Shown here: positions 15,090 to 15,852 of the stretch, piece after piece
Layout: every line of letters begins with the position of its first letter
Numbering within the stretch: position 1 is the first letter of the stretch
Assembly (NCBI GenBank): GCA_034440375.1
Contig: JAWXBZ010000090.1
Coordinates: 1 to 15,852 of the forward strand
Origin: Candidatus Eiseniibacteriota bacterium
Lineage (GTDB): Bacteria > Eisenbacteria > RBG-16-71-46 > JABDJR01 > JAWXBZ01
DNA: 15,852 nt
Direction: 5' to 3'
Made by a program: the position numbers and the translations under genes
The notes under the pieces: model-generated
Database searches by the model: none
Told to the model about the DNA's origin: nothing
Seen by the model: the letters and a program-made list of their open reading frames with translations, nothing else

Positions 15090-15852
15090 TCAGTCGTGGC
15101 CGTGATGGGAGCCGTGCCCGCCGTGACCGAAACCCGCACCGCGAACGCCCAGACCCGCCGGCAACAGCCGCCGCAGGCTATCGAATCGAACGACCTCATC
15201 CGGTGACAGCACGGCACGAATAGCCGTTCTTGCGTTCTTCTCGATCTGAATCCCCTGGTACAGGACGTCTTCCGGTGCCATCCCGTCGTTCGCCATCTGT
15301 TCGATGAGCTGACGGCGGGCCGGCTCTGTCTGTTCGATTGCGGAAGACAGCCGGGCCCCGCCCGCCTCGTCGAGTCGAAGGGCACGACCGAGGCGATCTG
15401 CTTGCCTTGCCATGCGCCGATCGAGATTCTCGGCGCGTCGATCGAGCGCCTTTTCCTTCATTTCATCCCGGCGTTCGTGCAGGCGATTGAAGATATCCTC
15501 GCCAAGGGCGCTCTTCATCCGGCCTTCCGTGTCCAGTCGAATCGCCCGCAAACCATCGCGAAGCTCTTCGTCGCTCAGCTTCCCTTCGGCATAACCGGTG
15601 TGCAGGTCCCGCATCCGGCCGGCTGCTTCGCGATGAATCACTCCGATCTGCTTCATCTCCTCGGTCGAAACACCCAGGTGACCGGCAAGTCGTTTGGCCA
15701 TCGGGCGCATGGATGATGCGTCATCCGTGCCGCGATGCGCCTTTTGGTCCGCACGGCGCGCCGCGCGCCGCTCTTCGATGTAGGTCGCGAAATTGTCCAG
15801 CTGGTCATTGTTCAGAACGGCTGCCGCATCCACCAGGTGATCAAATCCCGGC
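15090..15852 (-). CDS. Hypothetical alpha-helical repeat protein (Spy/CpxP-like LTxxQ-type repeats) with His-rich C-terminal tail; 5' end outside the window
   Basis: The frame is open to the window edge (PGFDHLVDAAAVLNNDQL...). Repeated motifs VLNNDQ, ALGEDI, VLSPDE and LGVSTEE/LRLDEAG occur among charged helices. It ends GHGGHGSHHGHD*. Confidence 0.7.
   Translation of the reverse strand, partial: PGFDHLVDAAAVLNNDQLDNFATYIEERRAARRADQKAHRGTDDASSMRPMAKRLAGHLGVSTEEMKQIGVIHREAAGRMRDLHTGYAEGKLSDEELRDGLRAIRLDTEGRMKSALGEDIFNRLHERRDEMKEKALDRRAENLDRRMARQADRLGRALRLDEAGGARLSSAIEQTEPARRQLIEQMANDGMAPEDVLYQGIQIEKNARTAIRAVLSPDEVVRFDSLRRLLPAGLGVRGAGFGHGGHGSHHGHD

Overview
GC-rich bacterial window; an FlgD-Ig/T9SS-type sorting-domain relic hints at the FCB superphylum (inference). 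From left to right: the 5' part of an enoyl-CoA hydratase/isomerase gene (-); a structured intergenic region with a terminator and a decayed FlgD-Ig/T9SS C-terminal-domain fragment; an aldehyde dehydrogenase (-); a type II toxin-antitoxin pair whose RelE/ParE toxin has a premature stop (-); purE-purK (+); an AT-rich regulatory region; a five-gene operon of secreted DUF11/isopeptide-domain proteins with a ~1500-aa outer-membrane beta-barrel protein (4984-13949, +); then a divergent macrodomain gene (-), yqeY (+) and a partial helical-repeat protein (-). The operon is the main finding. Its DUF11 domain appears split into an N-terminal Asn-bearing 'donor' hairpin and a C-terminal Lys/Asp-bearing 'acceptor' domain. 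These parts are distributed as in a pilus: a tip (acceptor only), two shaft subunits (donor + acceptor), an outer-membrane barrel (donor only) and a catalytically dead acceptor (possible chaperone). I hypothesise a covalently self-crosslinking, sortase-independent pilus of diderm bacteria. This rests on motif reading by eye, not on database searches or structure prediction.
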